This document shows positions 15,280 to 22,953 of a DNA stretch of 32,000 bases, in pieces (the first letter of the stretch is position 1; the number at the start of each line of letters is the position of its first letter). The notes under the pieces were generated by a model that saw nothing but the letters and a program-made list of their open reading frames with translations, was not told the origin of the DNA and ran no database searches. The position numbers were made by a program, and so were the translations under genes. The DNA comes from Methanopyrus kandleri AV19. GTDB lineage: Archaea > JAADCQ01 > Methanopyri > Methanopyrales > Methanopyraceae. The stretch is from NCBI RefSeq assembly GCF_000007185.1, contig NC_003551.1, positions 1 to 32,000 on the forward strand. Reading direction: 5' to 3'.

Positions 15280-16306
15280 GTTGGCCGATACCGAGGCCAT
15301 CGTTCGCTTACTCTCCGCCAAATCGGTTAGGGTACACGACCTGTTCCGAGCCGCCCTGAGCGAGAAACTCCACCATCGCGGAGAGCTGGTGAAGCTCACG
15401 TCAACGATACACGTAACCAACGAGTGCCGCATCCGGCCGAGATGTGCGTACTGCGGCTTCGCCGCGGGCGCGTCCCCGGAGGGTTACTTCGAGGGATTCA
15501 CACGGAGCTACGAGGAGATCGCAGAGGCCGCGAAAGCCATCGAGGAATCGGGAATCCCACGCGTCAGCTGCTCGGGAGCTTATCGCGGAGACGGGGGTAA
15601 GCTGGCCGTGACCGCCGCTAGGGCGGTGAAGGAGAACACCGACCTGGAGCTCCTCATCAACTTCGGCCACGACCTGTCCGAAGAGACCATAGCGGAGCTC
15701 GCGAGGCTAGACGTGGAAACCATTTGCTGTAATTTGGAAACCACTAATAGGGAGCTGTTCGAAAGGTTGAAACCCGGAGACAGCTTCGAGGAGCGCGTCC
15801 GTGTGTGCGAGACCGTATGTCGATACGGCATTGACCTGTCAAGCGGCCTCCTAGTGGGAATCGGTGAGGACTACAGGGACCGAGCCGAGCATCTGAAGTT
15901 CCTCGCGAGGTTCGAAACCCTCGCGGAAATACCCATTATGGGGTTCAACCCGTATCCCGGTACACTGATGGAACACGTGCCCCGTTGTCCGCTGTTGGAG
16001 CAGGCGAAGGTCATGGCCGTAGCCAGACTGATGTACCCCGACTTAATGATCACCGCCCCCACACCGACCGTGGGACCGGAGGAAGTCGAGGTGGCACTGA
16101 TGGCGGGTGCCGACAACCTGGCGACCGTGATACCGGACAACCATCCGCACGAGGTTAAGGGTGTCGGAAACCCGCGGACCGGCAACCTGGATAGGGTCGT
16201 GGAGCTCATCGAGGGGTTCGGGCTCAAGCCCGAGCTCAGGGGTGACCGAGCTTGCTCGACCTCCTGCACGAAGCTTGTGAATCGCTCGACGCAGCGCTCG
16301 AGCTGA
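15236..16306 (+). CDS. hcgA: HcgA, radical-SAM enzyme with the atypical CX5CX2C motif
   Basis: HVTNECRIRPRCAYCGF is C-x5-C-x2-C, the motif reported for HcgA instead of the canonical CX3CX2C. The remainder is BioB/HydE-like. There is no Met in the first 60+ residues. Start is GTG 15236 or TTG 15281, the latter 1 nt after the hcgD stop. Confidence 0.85.
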   Translation: MRFKDALREVRTDRKLADTEAIVRLLSAKSVRVHDLFRAALSEKLHHRGELVKLTSTIHVTNECRIRPRCAYCGFAAGASPEGYFEGFTRSYEEIAEAAKAIEESGIPRVSCSGAYRGDGGKLAVTAARAVKENTDLELLINFGHDLSEETIAELARLDVETICCNLETTNRELFERLKPGDSFEERVRVCETVCRYGIDLSSGLLVGIGEDYRDRAEHLKFLARFETLAEIPIMGFNPYPGTLMEHVPRCPLLEQAKVMAVARLMYPDLMITAPTPTVGPEEVEVALMAGADNLATVIPDNHPHEVKGVGNPRTGNLDRVVELIEGFGLKPELRGDRACSTSCTKLVNRSTQRSS

Positions 16307-17787
16307 AGCGGCTGGCTTACGAGGGGAAGCTAAGCGTCGATGAGGTGGTTACGGACCTGGGAGAACTCACGGATCGGGAACTCGAAGCCCTAGGTGACAA
16401 TCTGCGCACGTTTCCGATGGGCTGCGATCTGATCGAGCTGGCCGTAGGTCCCTGTGCCTCCGATTACTCCCCGGATGTCCTCCTTGCGAACGCCATCCTG
16501 GCGGACCGGATGGGATTACCGCTCCACGTGTGCGCGTACGCGGTGGCGGACGTCGCCGAGAACTACGGGATGAGGCCTATCGAGTTGTTCCGTCGCCTTG
16601 TGAGGAACGTTCGCGTGCCGGTGGACGTGGATCATATAGGAGCTCACGGCCCGATGCGGTTTCCGCGAGATATAACCGCGTGTGAGGGAACTTGCTACCT
16701 GGAAGGGCCGCCGTTCAAAGAGTGCCCTCGAGGTAGGATACATCGGCGGTTGATCGACAAGGAGAGGCAGCAGGGAGAGGATCTGGAGGAATGGGCGGAA
16801 CTGGCGGCCTCGATCTGTGTGAACGTCACGGGAGAAGGGGGACAGGACGCGGAAGCCCACGCCGCTCCACTCGATGAGATGAAGCGCGTCGCCGAAACGG
16901 CTCGACACTCGGGTGCGGGCGTCGGAGCCATCCTGCACGTCGCGGACGGCGAGGACGAGTTCGCCGACGGCCTCAAAGCGGCCGTCGAGGAGGTGAAAGC
17001 GGACTACCTAGCGGTCGAAGGAGGTCCGTTCAACCGAGCCGAAGATCGACTCTCGGCCTTCCGACGGGCCGTAGTAGCGTGCAGGGTATTCGCGCCCGGA
17101 AAGGTCGTCCTGACCAACGGGGCTTACGAGGACGAACTCGTCGTGGGACTGAGAGCAGGCTTGAACGGCGCCCTCTCAGGGTTCCCCAAAAATCACCACG
17201 GATACATGGTCGGGTACGAGCCCGGAACCGCGCGACGCGGTAAGTTCGGACTCCCAAAGGTTCTCGCGATCATGCGGAAGACGTTGGGCTCACGGTACGG
17301 GAACACCAAGGTGCCGGCCGGCTGGGAGGAACTCGAAGGGATCACGCGGGCCGCTCTCTTCCTGGGATCCAACTTACTGTACCCGCGAGACGTGGCCGGC
17401 ATCCCGATAGGTGACGTCCACTGGGTAGCCGCCCTCCGGTCCAACGCCGCCCGCGAGTTGTCCGATGAGGTCAGGTCCGTCGAGGAGGTCGCATCGGAAG
17501 TTGACGCCGATACCGTCGCCCTGTTGGGTGGGAGGTTCCCGGCCTGGGGTCTCGCCTTGACCCTCGACGAGCTGGGCGTGTCCGAAGTGCTGATAAGCGA
17601 TCCGGACGCGTGGGTCGAGAGGGCCACCGTACGGTTGCTGGACGAGGAGCTCGACGCCACGGTACACGCAATGGCTGGGGACGATCGCAAGGCCGTGAAG
17701 GAAGCAGACGCGGCCTTCGTGACGGCCGTCATGCCGGGGATAGCCGAGCGCCTAGCCGAGAGGACCGGGGCGATGACCGTGTGCTGA
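16252..17787 (+). CDS. hcgG: HcgG, large FeGP-cofactor maturase
   Basis: ~510 aa protein between hcgA and hcgB, with a Cys-rich segment ITACEGTCYLEGPPFKECPRG. It also has a C-terminal Rossmann/fibrillarin-like region (VALLGGRFPAWGLALTLDELGVSEVLISDPD), as I recall being described for HcgG. TTG start overlaps hcgA by 55 nt. Confidence 0.7.
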   Translation: MLDLLHEACESLDAALELKRLAYEGKLSVDEVVTDLGELTDRELEALGDNLRTFPMGCDLIELAVGPCASDYSPDVLLANAILADRMGLPLHVCAYAVADVAENYGMRPIELFRRLVRNVRVPVDVDHIGAHGPMRFPRDITACEGTCYLEGPPFKECPRGRIHRRLIDKERQQGEDLEEWAELAASICVNVTGEGGQDAEAHAAPLDEMKRVAETARHSGAGVGAILHVADGEDEFADGLKAAVEEVKADYLAVEGGPFNRAEDRLSAFRRAVVACRVFAPGKVVLTNGAYEDELVVGLRAGLNGALSGFPKNHHGYMVGYEPGTARRGKFGLPKVLAIMRKTLGSRYGNTKVPAGWEELEGITRAALFLGSNLLYPRDVAGIPIGDVHWVAALRSNAARELSDEVRSVEEVASEVDADTVALLGGRFPAWGLALTLDELGVSEVLISDPDAWVERATVRLLDEELDATVHAMAGDDRKAVKEADAAFVTAVMPGIAERLAERTGAMTVC

Positions 17788-18263
17788 AGGAGACGCTGCT
17801 CAAGGCCTGGTGGGAGTCCTGGGAAGGCACCCGCCGGGGTGACGAGGAGCGGGAGGTCGAAGGGCTCCGCGAGTACTTGACCTCGGCGGACCGGCTCGCG
17901 GTGGTAACGGGTAACGAGGACAAGCTCCGGGCGGTCAACAAAGTCCTCCGCAGGTTCGGGTTGCCGGAAGCCGAGATGATCAGAGTACCGACGGAGATGG
18001 CGGACGCGACGCCGTGTCCCGCCATCTTCAAGGCGATCATGGGAGTTCAAGTGTCGGACGCCGACGTAGTGATCGCTAGAGGGAGGTTAGGGGTTCCGGG
18101 ATCCGGAGCCATGACCGTGTTCATGGACGCGCGATGTAGGTTGCTGACGGCGGCCCTTTCTCCACCTCACGTCCTTCACGAGATGTCGGTGAAAGAGGCT
18201 ATGGAGCGCGAAGCGGAGGAAGCCCTGCGGCGTCTGGGTATGAGGGAGACCACGTCCCGTTAA
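17781..18263 (+). CDS. hcgB: HcgB, pyridinol guanylyltransferase
   Basis: 160 aa from GTG 17781, which overlaps the hcgG stop by 7 nt. AVVTGNEDKLRAVNKVLRRFGL...DVVIARGRLGVPGSGAMTVFMD fits my memory of HcgB. The track ORF start 17610 is rejected because its first 57 codons are R/G-rich out-of-frame overlap with hcgG. Confidence 0.72.
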   Translation: MLKETLLKAWWESWEGTRRGDEEREVEGLREYLTSADRLAVVTGNEDKLRAVNKVLRRFGLPEAEMIRVPTEMADATPCPAIFKAIMGVQVSDADVVIARGRLGVPGSGAMTVFMDARCRLLTAALSPPHVLHEMSVKEAMEREAEEALRRLGMRETTSR

Positions 18264-18289
18264 CTCGCAGTAATACCCGAAGCTCGGTC

Positions 18290-18318
18290 GGAAATAAAAA
18301 ACGCTCTTCTTCATTTCC
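18290..18318 (+). promoter_or_regulatory. Inverted repeat GGAAAT..ATTTCC enclosing an A-rich box and a T/C-rich run. Possible hcg operon terminator and/or TATA box for the next gene.
   Basis: GGAAAT (18290-18295) and ATTTCC (18313-18318) are exact reverse complements. AAATAAAAAA lies ~50 nt upstream of GTG 18347. Confidence 0.3.
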
Positions 18319-18346
18319 CGAACCACCAATCCTCCGGGGACGGGCA

Positions 18347-19369
18347 GTGTTCTCCGTTCCCTCCCCCGGAGACCCTGCCCTCACCGACCGACTTCTACGG
18401 TCGCTCCCGACTGACCGGATCGAAACAGTCTACTTCGGCCTCCCGATCGCCGGGACAGGACGCGCCACACCCGTGCAGGTCGACACGGACACGGCGACCG
18501 AGCTCGCAGAGGTTTGTCACTCGTATTCGGTGGAACCGGAAGCCGTCATCAACCCACTTTGCACGGCGGATGTAGTCTGCTCTCGCAACGCCTTCGCAGA
18601 GTTCGAGCGGACACTCGACGATCTCGACGACGCCGGGATCGAACGTCTAGTACTCTCCGATCCGTTGATGATCCACGCCGCGGTGGAGCGTGGCTTCCGC
18701 GTCTCAGTCTCTTGTGTAGTGGAGGTGAACACACCCGAGCGCGCCCGGTACTTCGATGAAATAGGAGTGGAGGAGATCACCTTGGACACGAACGTGAACC
18801 GACGCCTCGACACCATCGAAGCGATAGCGTCCGAGGTCTCCGCACGCCTCCGGATCATCGTTAACGAAGGGTGCTTACCCGACTGCCCGTACCGGGCCTC
18901 ACATTTCTGTCTGTTCTCCCACGCCACCCGGCCCGGCGAAGAAGTGGCGGAAGATCCCTACTTCGTACGTTGCATCTCCGAGCGCGTGAACAACCCGACG
19001 CTGATAATCAAGTCACCATTTGTGCGACCTGAAGACCTGAGCGTCTACATGGATCTCGGTGTAAGGGCGTTCAAAATCGCGGGACGTGCGAACTCGATCA
19101 CGTGGATACGTCGGGCCGTACGGGCTTACCTGCGGGGCCGATACGACGGCAATCTCCTCGACATACTCGACTGTCCGACCGTCCTCCGGCACCTGTATCA
19201 CGTGGATAACCGGGAGCTGGATGGGTTCCTAAAGCGGGTAGGTCGGTGTGATCGTCGGTGTTCGAAGTGCGGATTCTGTGCCGAGCTTGCTGAGCGGGCC
19301 GTAGAGCCGTTGGGCGGTCTAGAAGATGCCGAAGTTGAACCAGCGAGGACTGGTCGAGTTACGGCGTGA
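18347..19369 (+). CDS. Peptidase-U32-like protein with two cysteine clusters (putative Fe-S enzyme)
   Basis: The N-terminus SVPSPGDPALTDRLL...IETVYFGLPIAGTGRA resembles the U32 opening ELLAPAG...ADAVYxG..FSARA. First Cys cluster: C-x3-C-x7-C-x20-C (EGCLPDCPYRASHFC...VRC). Second, C-terminal: C-x3-C-x2-C-x2-C (RCDRRCSKCGFC). GTG start. Confidence 0.6.
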   Translation: MFSVPSPGDPALTDRLLRSLPTDRIETVYFGLPIAGTGRATPVQVDTDTATELAEVCHSYSVEPEAVINPLCTADVVCSRNAFAEFERTLDDLDDAGIERLVLSDPLMIHAAVERGFRVSVSCVVEVNTPERARYFDEIGVEEITLDTNVNRRLDTIEAIASEVSARLRIIVNEGCLPDCPYRASHFCLFSHATRPGEEVAEDPYFVRCISERVNNPTLIIKSPFVRPEDLSVYMDLGVRAFKIAGRANSITWIRRAVRAYLRGRYDGNLLDILDCPTVLRHLYHVDNRELDGFLKRVGRCDRRCSKCGFCAELAERAVEPLGGLEDAEVEPARTGRVTA

Positions 19370-19685
19370 GTTGGAGCGGCGGCTCGTAGAACTGCTGGGC
19401 AAACCGGTACACGTGATGCAGCTGACGATCTTCGCGCTACCGTGCGGATGTGTAGGTGCTTCTCTGGAGGTGCGCAACATCGTCCGGGAAGACGCTGAGG
19501 TCTTCAGGGACCACCTCCGAGACCTCCTACGAGAGATGGTGAAATGGACGCTGGGGAAGGAACCCGACCTGTACTACGCACGGCTGACTCCGTCCGGTTA
19601 CGATGTAGTCAGTCTAACGGGCCGCGTAGCTTGCGACGAATGCGAGAAGAACTTCAAGGGAGCGGCCGACGTGCTCCCGCTCTGA
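19326..19685 (+). CDS. Small Cys-motif protein (119 aa), hypothetical
   Basis: The ATG at 19326 overlaps the U32-like gene by 44 nt. Helical N-terminus LVELRRELERRLVELLGKP, then LTIFALPCGCVGASLEV and a C-terminal CDEC. Protein-like composition. No family recognised with confidence. Confidence 0.5.
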   Translation: MPKLNQRGLVELRRELERRLVELLGKPVHVMQLTIFALPCGCVGASLEVRNIVREDAEVFRDHLRDLLREMVKWTLGKEPDLYYARLTPSGYDVVSLTGRVACDECEKNFKGAADVLPL

Positions 19686-19743
19686 CACGACGCCCTGGAA
19701 GCGTTATCGGGGTAACAGCGGCGGGTGTGCCCGGTCCAAAGGA

Positions 19744-19843
19744 CGGGGCGGTCACCGTCCGGTCGGACGACCATCTCCGCCCCGCCGGCTGCCTGTACCG
19801 GGCGGGTTCCACCCGCCCATCGTCGTCCGGCGGGTCGCCGGAC
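19744..19843. other. Cluster of perfect GC hairpins in a convergent intergenic spacer (candidate structured RNA or 3'-end structures)
   Basis: Hairpin 1: CGGGGCGG (19744-51) pairs with CCGCCCCG (19777-84), enclosing CGTCC-GGTC-GGACG (19756-69). Hairpin 2: GGGCGGG-TTCCA-CCCGCCC (19800-18). Hairpin 3: GTCCGGCG-GGT-CGCCGGAC (19825-43). Strand undetermined. Confidence 0.3.
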
Positions 19844-19859
19844 CTCGAGCGTCCCGAGT

Positions 19860-20111
19860 TCACTTAAGTGCTTTCGGGAAGAACTCGCGGCGAGCCTCCC
19901 GCAGGGTGATGCCTTTGACGCGCGCGTACGCTTTCCTCAATGTCTCAGCCCTTATCTCCATGTGTCCTTCCTCTTCGGATATGCGTACGGCTTCGCGTAC
20001 GACATCCTCTAATATGTCCGGGTAATCGTCTTCCAATCTCTTGAGATACCGGAGTGCCAACGGGCGGACCTTAAAGTCGTCAGGAATGAGGTCCAGAGCC
20101 CTCAACCTCAT
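19860..20111 (-). CDS. Small hypothetical protein (83 aa), possibly histone-fold/DUF1931-like
   Basis: The ATG at 20111 overlaps the mtnP stop as ATGA (plus strand TCAT at 20108-20111). MRLRALDLIPDDFKVRPLALRYLKRLEDDYPDILEDVVREAVRISEEEGHMEIRAETLRKAYARV. The family assignment is weak. The track start 20177 is rejected because it lies inside mtnP. Confidence 0.55.
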   Translation of the reverse strand: MRLRALDLIPDDFKVRPLALRYLKRLEDDYPDILEDVVREAVRISEEEGHMEIRAETLRKAYARVKGITLREARREFFPKALK

Positions 20112-20878
20112 ACCTCGGCGCCCTCCAAAGCTTGGGAGCAGGGGCACGATCGTTTCGGTGGAATGTACTCGATGCAACGCTCAATTAGTTCCACCGCCTT
20201 CGGTCTGAGCTCCTCGACCAGCTCGAACACCTCATCGATCGTGCGGCGGCGATCGTCGATGCCAGCGGCATAGTTGGTGCACAAGCACACGGAGGCGTAG
20301 CAGATCTCGAGCTCCCTGGCGAGCACGACCTCCGGGAATCCTGTCATTCCAACGATATCACCGCCGAGCTTCCGGAAGGCACGGATCTCGGCCGGCGTCT
20401 CGAACCTGGGTCCTTCGGTGGCCACGTATACAGCGCCTTCTTTGACCGTGTACCCTAGGTCGTCCGCGGCCTTCAGTAGCGCTTCACGTAGCTCCGGACA
20501 ATAGGGTTCGGTGACATCGACGTGAACGACCTTCTCGTCGTAGAACGTCGTCGGCCTGCGCTTAGTGAAGTCGAGGAAATCCACCGGAAGGACGATGTCT
20601 CCAGGCTCGTATTCGTCGGAGTTGATCACGCCGACGGAGTTCGTCGCCAATATCCGTTTCACGCCGAGCTCCCGCATCGCCCACACGATGGCTCGATAGT
20701 TGATACGGTGTGGGGGCAGATCGTGGCCCTTACCGTGCCGGTTTATGAAGTACACTCGATGATCTCCGACCCGGGTGATGTCCACGCGTACAGTGCCGTA
20801 GGGTGTGAACACCGTCCGCCTGCGTTCGGGCAGACCGGGTTGGAAACCCGTGCCGCCTATCACTCCTACCTCGGTCAT
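20108..20878 (-). CDS. mtnP: S-methyl-5'-thioadenosine phosphorylase / PNP family 2
   Basis: VGVIGGTGF...YFINRHGKGHDLPPHRINYRAIVWAMRELGVKRILATNSVG...GPRFETPAEIRAFRKLGGDIVGMT. Confidence 0.88.
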   Translation of the reverse strand: MTEVGVIGGTGFQPGLPERRRTVFTPYGTVRVDITRVGDHRVYFINRHGKGHDLPPHRINYRAIVWAMRELGVKRILATNSVGVINSDEYEPGDIVLPVDFLDFTKRRPTTFYDEKVVHVDVTEPYCPELREALLKAADDLGYTVKEGAVYVATEGPRFETPAEIRAFRKLGGDIVGMTGFPEVVLARELEICYASVCLCTNYAAGIDDRRRTIDEVFELVEELRPKAVELIERCIEYIPPKRSCPCSQALEGAEV

Positions 20879-21456
20879 GGATCCTCACGCTCCAGCAGCG
20901 GATCTATCGCCGCTTTGAGAATGGAGAACGTCTCGTCTTCGGACCATCGGGAGGTGTCGAGGACGAGATCGTACAAGGAGAGGTCCGTCGGATCGACGCC
21001 GTAGATCTCCTTATACCGCTTCAACTCGCTTTTTTCCCGTTCCTGAATGCGTCGGCGAGCCTCTTCCACGTCGATCCCTTCGCGCTTCGCTACCCGCTCG
21101 GCGCGCACTTCTAACGGAGCTTTGAGCCATATCTTGAGGGTGGCCAGGTCGGGACCTTTCACATGGTCCAGTTCGCCGGCCGCAACGAAGGCCGCTAGGC
21201 GTCCCTCGAGTATTACGTCACCCTCTTCCGCGGCTTCCCGCTGCCTCCGATCGATTTCAAGGTCGATGTCCGGGTTGTCCTCCGCGACTTTGGAGAACTC
21301 CTCGAGGTCCATGCCTCGCTCCTCGGCCATCTCTCGGAATATCTTACCTGCGTACACGTGCTTAAGGCCGTAGTGCTCGGCGAGCCGCCGGGCCATGGTG
21401 GTGGTGCCGGATCCCGGGAGGCCGCCGATGGTGATGACTACGCTGATTGAAAACAC
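20875..21456 (-). CDS. cmk: Cytidylate kinase, archaeal type
   Basis: ITIGGLPGSGTTTMARRLAEHYGLKHVYAGKIFREMAEERGMDLEEF. ~190 aa. ATGA overlap with mtnP (TCAT at 20875-20878). Confidence 0.88.
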   Translation of the reverse strand: MFSISVVITIGGLPGSGTTTMARRLAEHYGLKHVYAGKIFREMAEERGMDLEEFSKVAEDNPDIDLEIDRRQREAAEEGDVILEGRLAAFVAAGELDHVKGPDLATLKIWLKAPLEVRAERVAKREGIDVEEARRRIQEREKSELKRYKEIYGVDPTDLSLYDLVLDTSRWSEDETFSILKAAIDPLLEREDP

Positions 21457-21459
21457 CCC

Positions 21460-21801
21460 TCATTCCTCGGGCTCCGGCGGTTCCTCGTCCGGTAGTACTG
21501 GCAGCCACGGCTGCTCTCGCTTGCGCTCCCAGAACTTGTACCTCACCTTATCCTTGATGAGCTTCCTAGCGCACTCCGGGCACAGGACGCCACCGTAGGG
21601 ACGGTTTGGTCGCTTCTGCGTCTTCGGTGCGTTCTTGAGCTCGACGTTACGACCGCGCATCACGCCGTTCAGCCGGCGACCACAGGCTCCGCACTTGGGC
21701 CAGTTCGGGATCTTCTTCTCGAAGTGAATGACGGTCCTACCTCCAGGGGTGCGCTTGTACACCCGTCGACAGGACCTGGACCGGTACCTCGGGGCTGGCA
21801 T
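21460..21801 (-). CDS. rpl34e: Ribosomal protein L34e
   Basis: [47 protein letters not shown]. The ATG at 21801 is preferred over 21816. It has an unusual acidic/Pro C-terminal tail, [13 protein letters not shown]. Confidence 0.9.
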   Translation of the reverse strand: MPAPRYRSRSCRRVYKRTPGGRTVIHFEKKIPNWPKCGACGRRLNGVMRGRNVELKNAPKTQKRPNRPYGGVLCPECARKLIKDKVRYKFWERKREQPWLPVLPDEEPPEPEE

Positions 21802-21808
21802 CGTCGTC

Positions 21809-22390
21809 TCACCCACCTCCGAAGCGTTTTACCGCCGTTTCCGCCAAGGGCTTGAGCACGAACGACACCGTGACGGCGCAGAGGATGTACCAGCCCACGG
21901 GGCCCAAGGTATCCCCCACACCCGGCACGTAGAAGGGTAACTTCACCGTCCAGTGGGCCAGCCGGTACTCGAGGGTGTATATAATAATGATTATAGGCGG
22001 GAACGTGATGATCATGGCCTTGATCTGCTTACTCATCAGCTGGGACTGAACCTTTAGGAACTCTCGGGAGTGGTCTCGCATCTTCTCCTCTATCTCCTTC
22101 ATCCTCTTGACATCACCTAACACCTTAGCCCTCTGGAGCTCTTCTTGGTACTTCTTGGTCTCGTCAGCCATTTTCCGGACTCGCTCCAGCTCTTCCCTCC
22201 CGATCACGAGTTCGTAAACGATGTCGATGAAGAGCGTCACAAGAGCCGCAGCCACCAGCATCCCAAGGGCGGGACCGAAGTAGTGGATAAACGGGTCGAC
22301 GAGTGGGTAAAAGTGCCGCGCAAGGCCTTCAGTGAGTCCGTGCACGTCTCCCTCCCCGTCAGAGGGATCGGACCGTCTCGACGAACTCAC
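21809..22390 (-). CDS. DUF106 / EMC3-TMCO1-like membrane protein (archaeal YidC/Oxa1-like, MJ0480 type)
   Basis: Three hydrophobic segments flank a charged coiled-coil ([51 protein letters not shown]). It holds the conserved position between adk and L34e/cmk. The start may be GTG 22345, after the adk stop, rather than 22390. Confidence 0.75.
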   Translation of the reverse strand: MSSSRRSDPSDGEGDVHGLTEGLARHFYPLVDPFIHYFGPALGMLVAAALVTLFIDIVYELVIGREELERVRKMADETKKYQEELQRAKVLGDVKRMKEIEEKMRDHSREFLKVQSQLMSKQIKAMIITFPPIIIIIYTLEYRLAHWTVKLPFYVPGVGDTLGPVGWYILCAVTVSFVLKPLAETAVKRFGGG

Positions 22391-22934
22391 GTACGGCCTC
22401 TTCGAGGCGGTCGTCGTGGTTCTCGATGATTTTCACGGTAGCCCCGGTCAGCGCGGCGTAAGCCATCGCTGCCATTCGGTTCATCTTCTGATGCTCCTCT
22501 ATCTCGTGGGCCCGGTCGTAGTCACGCTGACGCTCCTCTGAGTCTTTCACCCTCCGCATCATGATCTCATCGGGGTCGGCTTCGATAAGAACGATGACGT
22601 CGGGCTGCAGCTCCTCGAGGACCCAGATCGGAAGACCCGGCAGGTAACCGGCCGGTGTTTTGATGGTACAGTGCGTGTCGACTATGATCCCCTCCTTCTC
22701 CTCGGCCATCTTGGCGATCCTACGTGCGGCGAGGCGCTGGATTTCGCGCTGCTTTTCGGCGGGGAGCTTCCTGATCTCGTCGCGATGCTCGACTAGGCCT
22801 TCTTCCTTGGCGATCTCGAGCATGACATCGCCGTAGTTAACGTGCTCGTAACCCTCGAGCTCCTTTACGGCCTCGGTGGTAACGGTCGTGGCTCCGACTC
22901 CGGGTACTCCCGTCGCTACGATCACATAACCCAT
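22359..22934 (-). CDS. adkA: Adenylate kinase, archaeal type
   Basis: MGYVIVATGVPGVGATTVTTEAVKEL...VNYGDVMLEIAKEEGLVEHRDEIRKLP...IIVDTHCTIKTPAGYLPGLP. Confidence 0.9.
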   Translation of the reverse strand: MGYVIVATGVPGVGATTVTTEAVKELEGYEHVNYGDVMLEIAKEEGLVEHRDEIRKLPAEKQREIQRLAARRIAKMAEEKEGIIVDTHCTIKTPAGYLPGLPIWVLEELQPDVIVLIEADPDEIMMRRVKDSEERQRDYDRAHEIEEHQKMNRMAAMAYAALTGATVKIIENHDDRLEEAVREFVETVRSL

Positions 22935-22953
22935 CCAAATCCACCCCTCTACG

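Noticed and set aside
17610-17780. N-terminal 57 codons of the track ORF 17610-18263
   Set aside because: It is an R/G-rich out-of-frame overlap with the hcgG 3' end. The HcgB-like sequence begins at GTG 17781, giving the expected ~160 aa.
17193-18050. 285-aa minus-strand ORF, the longest unexplained ORF in the track
   Set aside because: It lies antisense to hcgG and hcgB. It is extremely S/R/P/A/T-rich with no motifs. Long antisense ORFs are expected at this GC content.
19800-19818. Possible tRNA T-arm (GGGCGGG TTCCA CCCGCCC)
   Set aside because: The loop does not fit the TTCRANN T-loop consensus on either strand. I could not build an acceptor, D or anticodon arm around it.
21431-21446. 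C/D-box-like GTGATGA...CTGA
   Set aside because: The boxes are only 5 nt apart, so there is no room for a guide. The sequence lies inside the cmk coding region, and no matching C'/D' pair is present.
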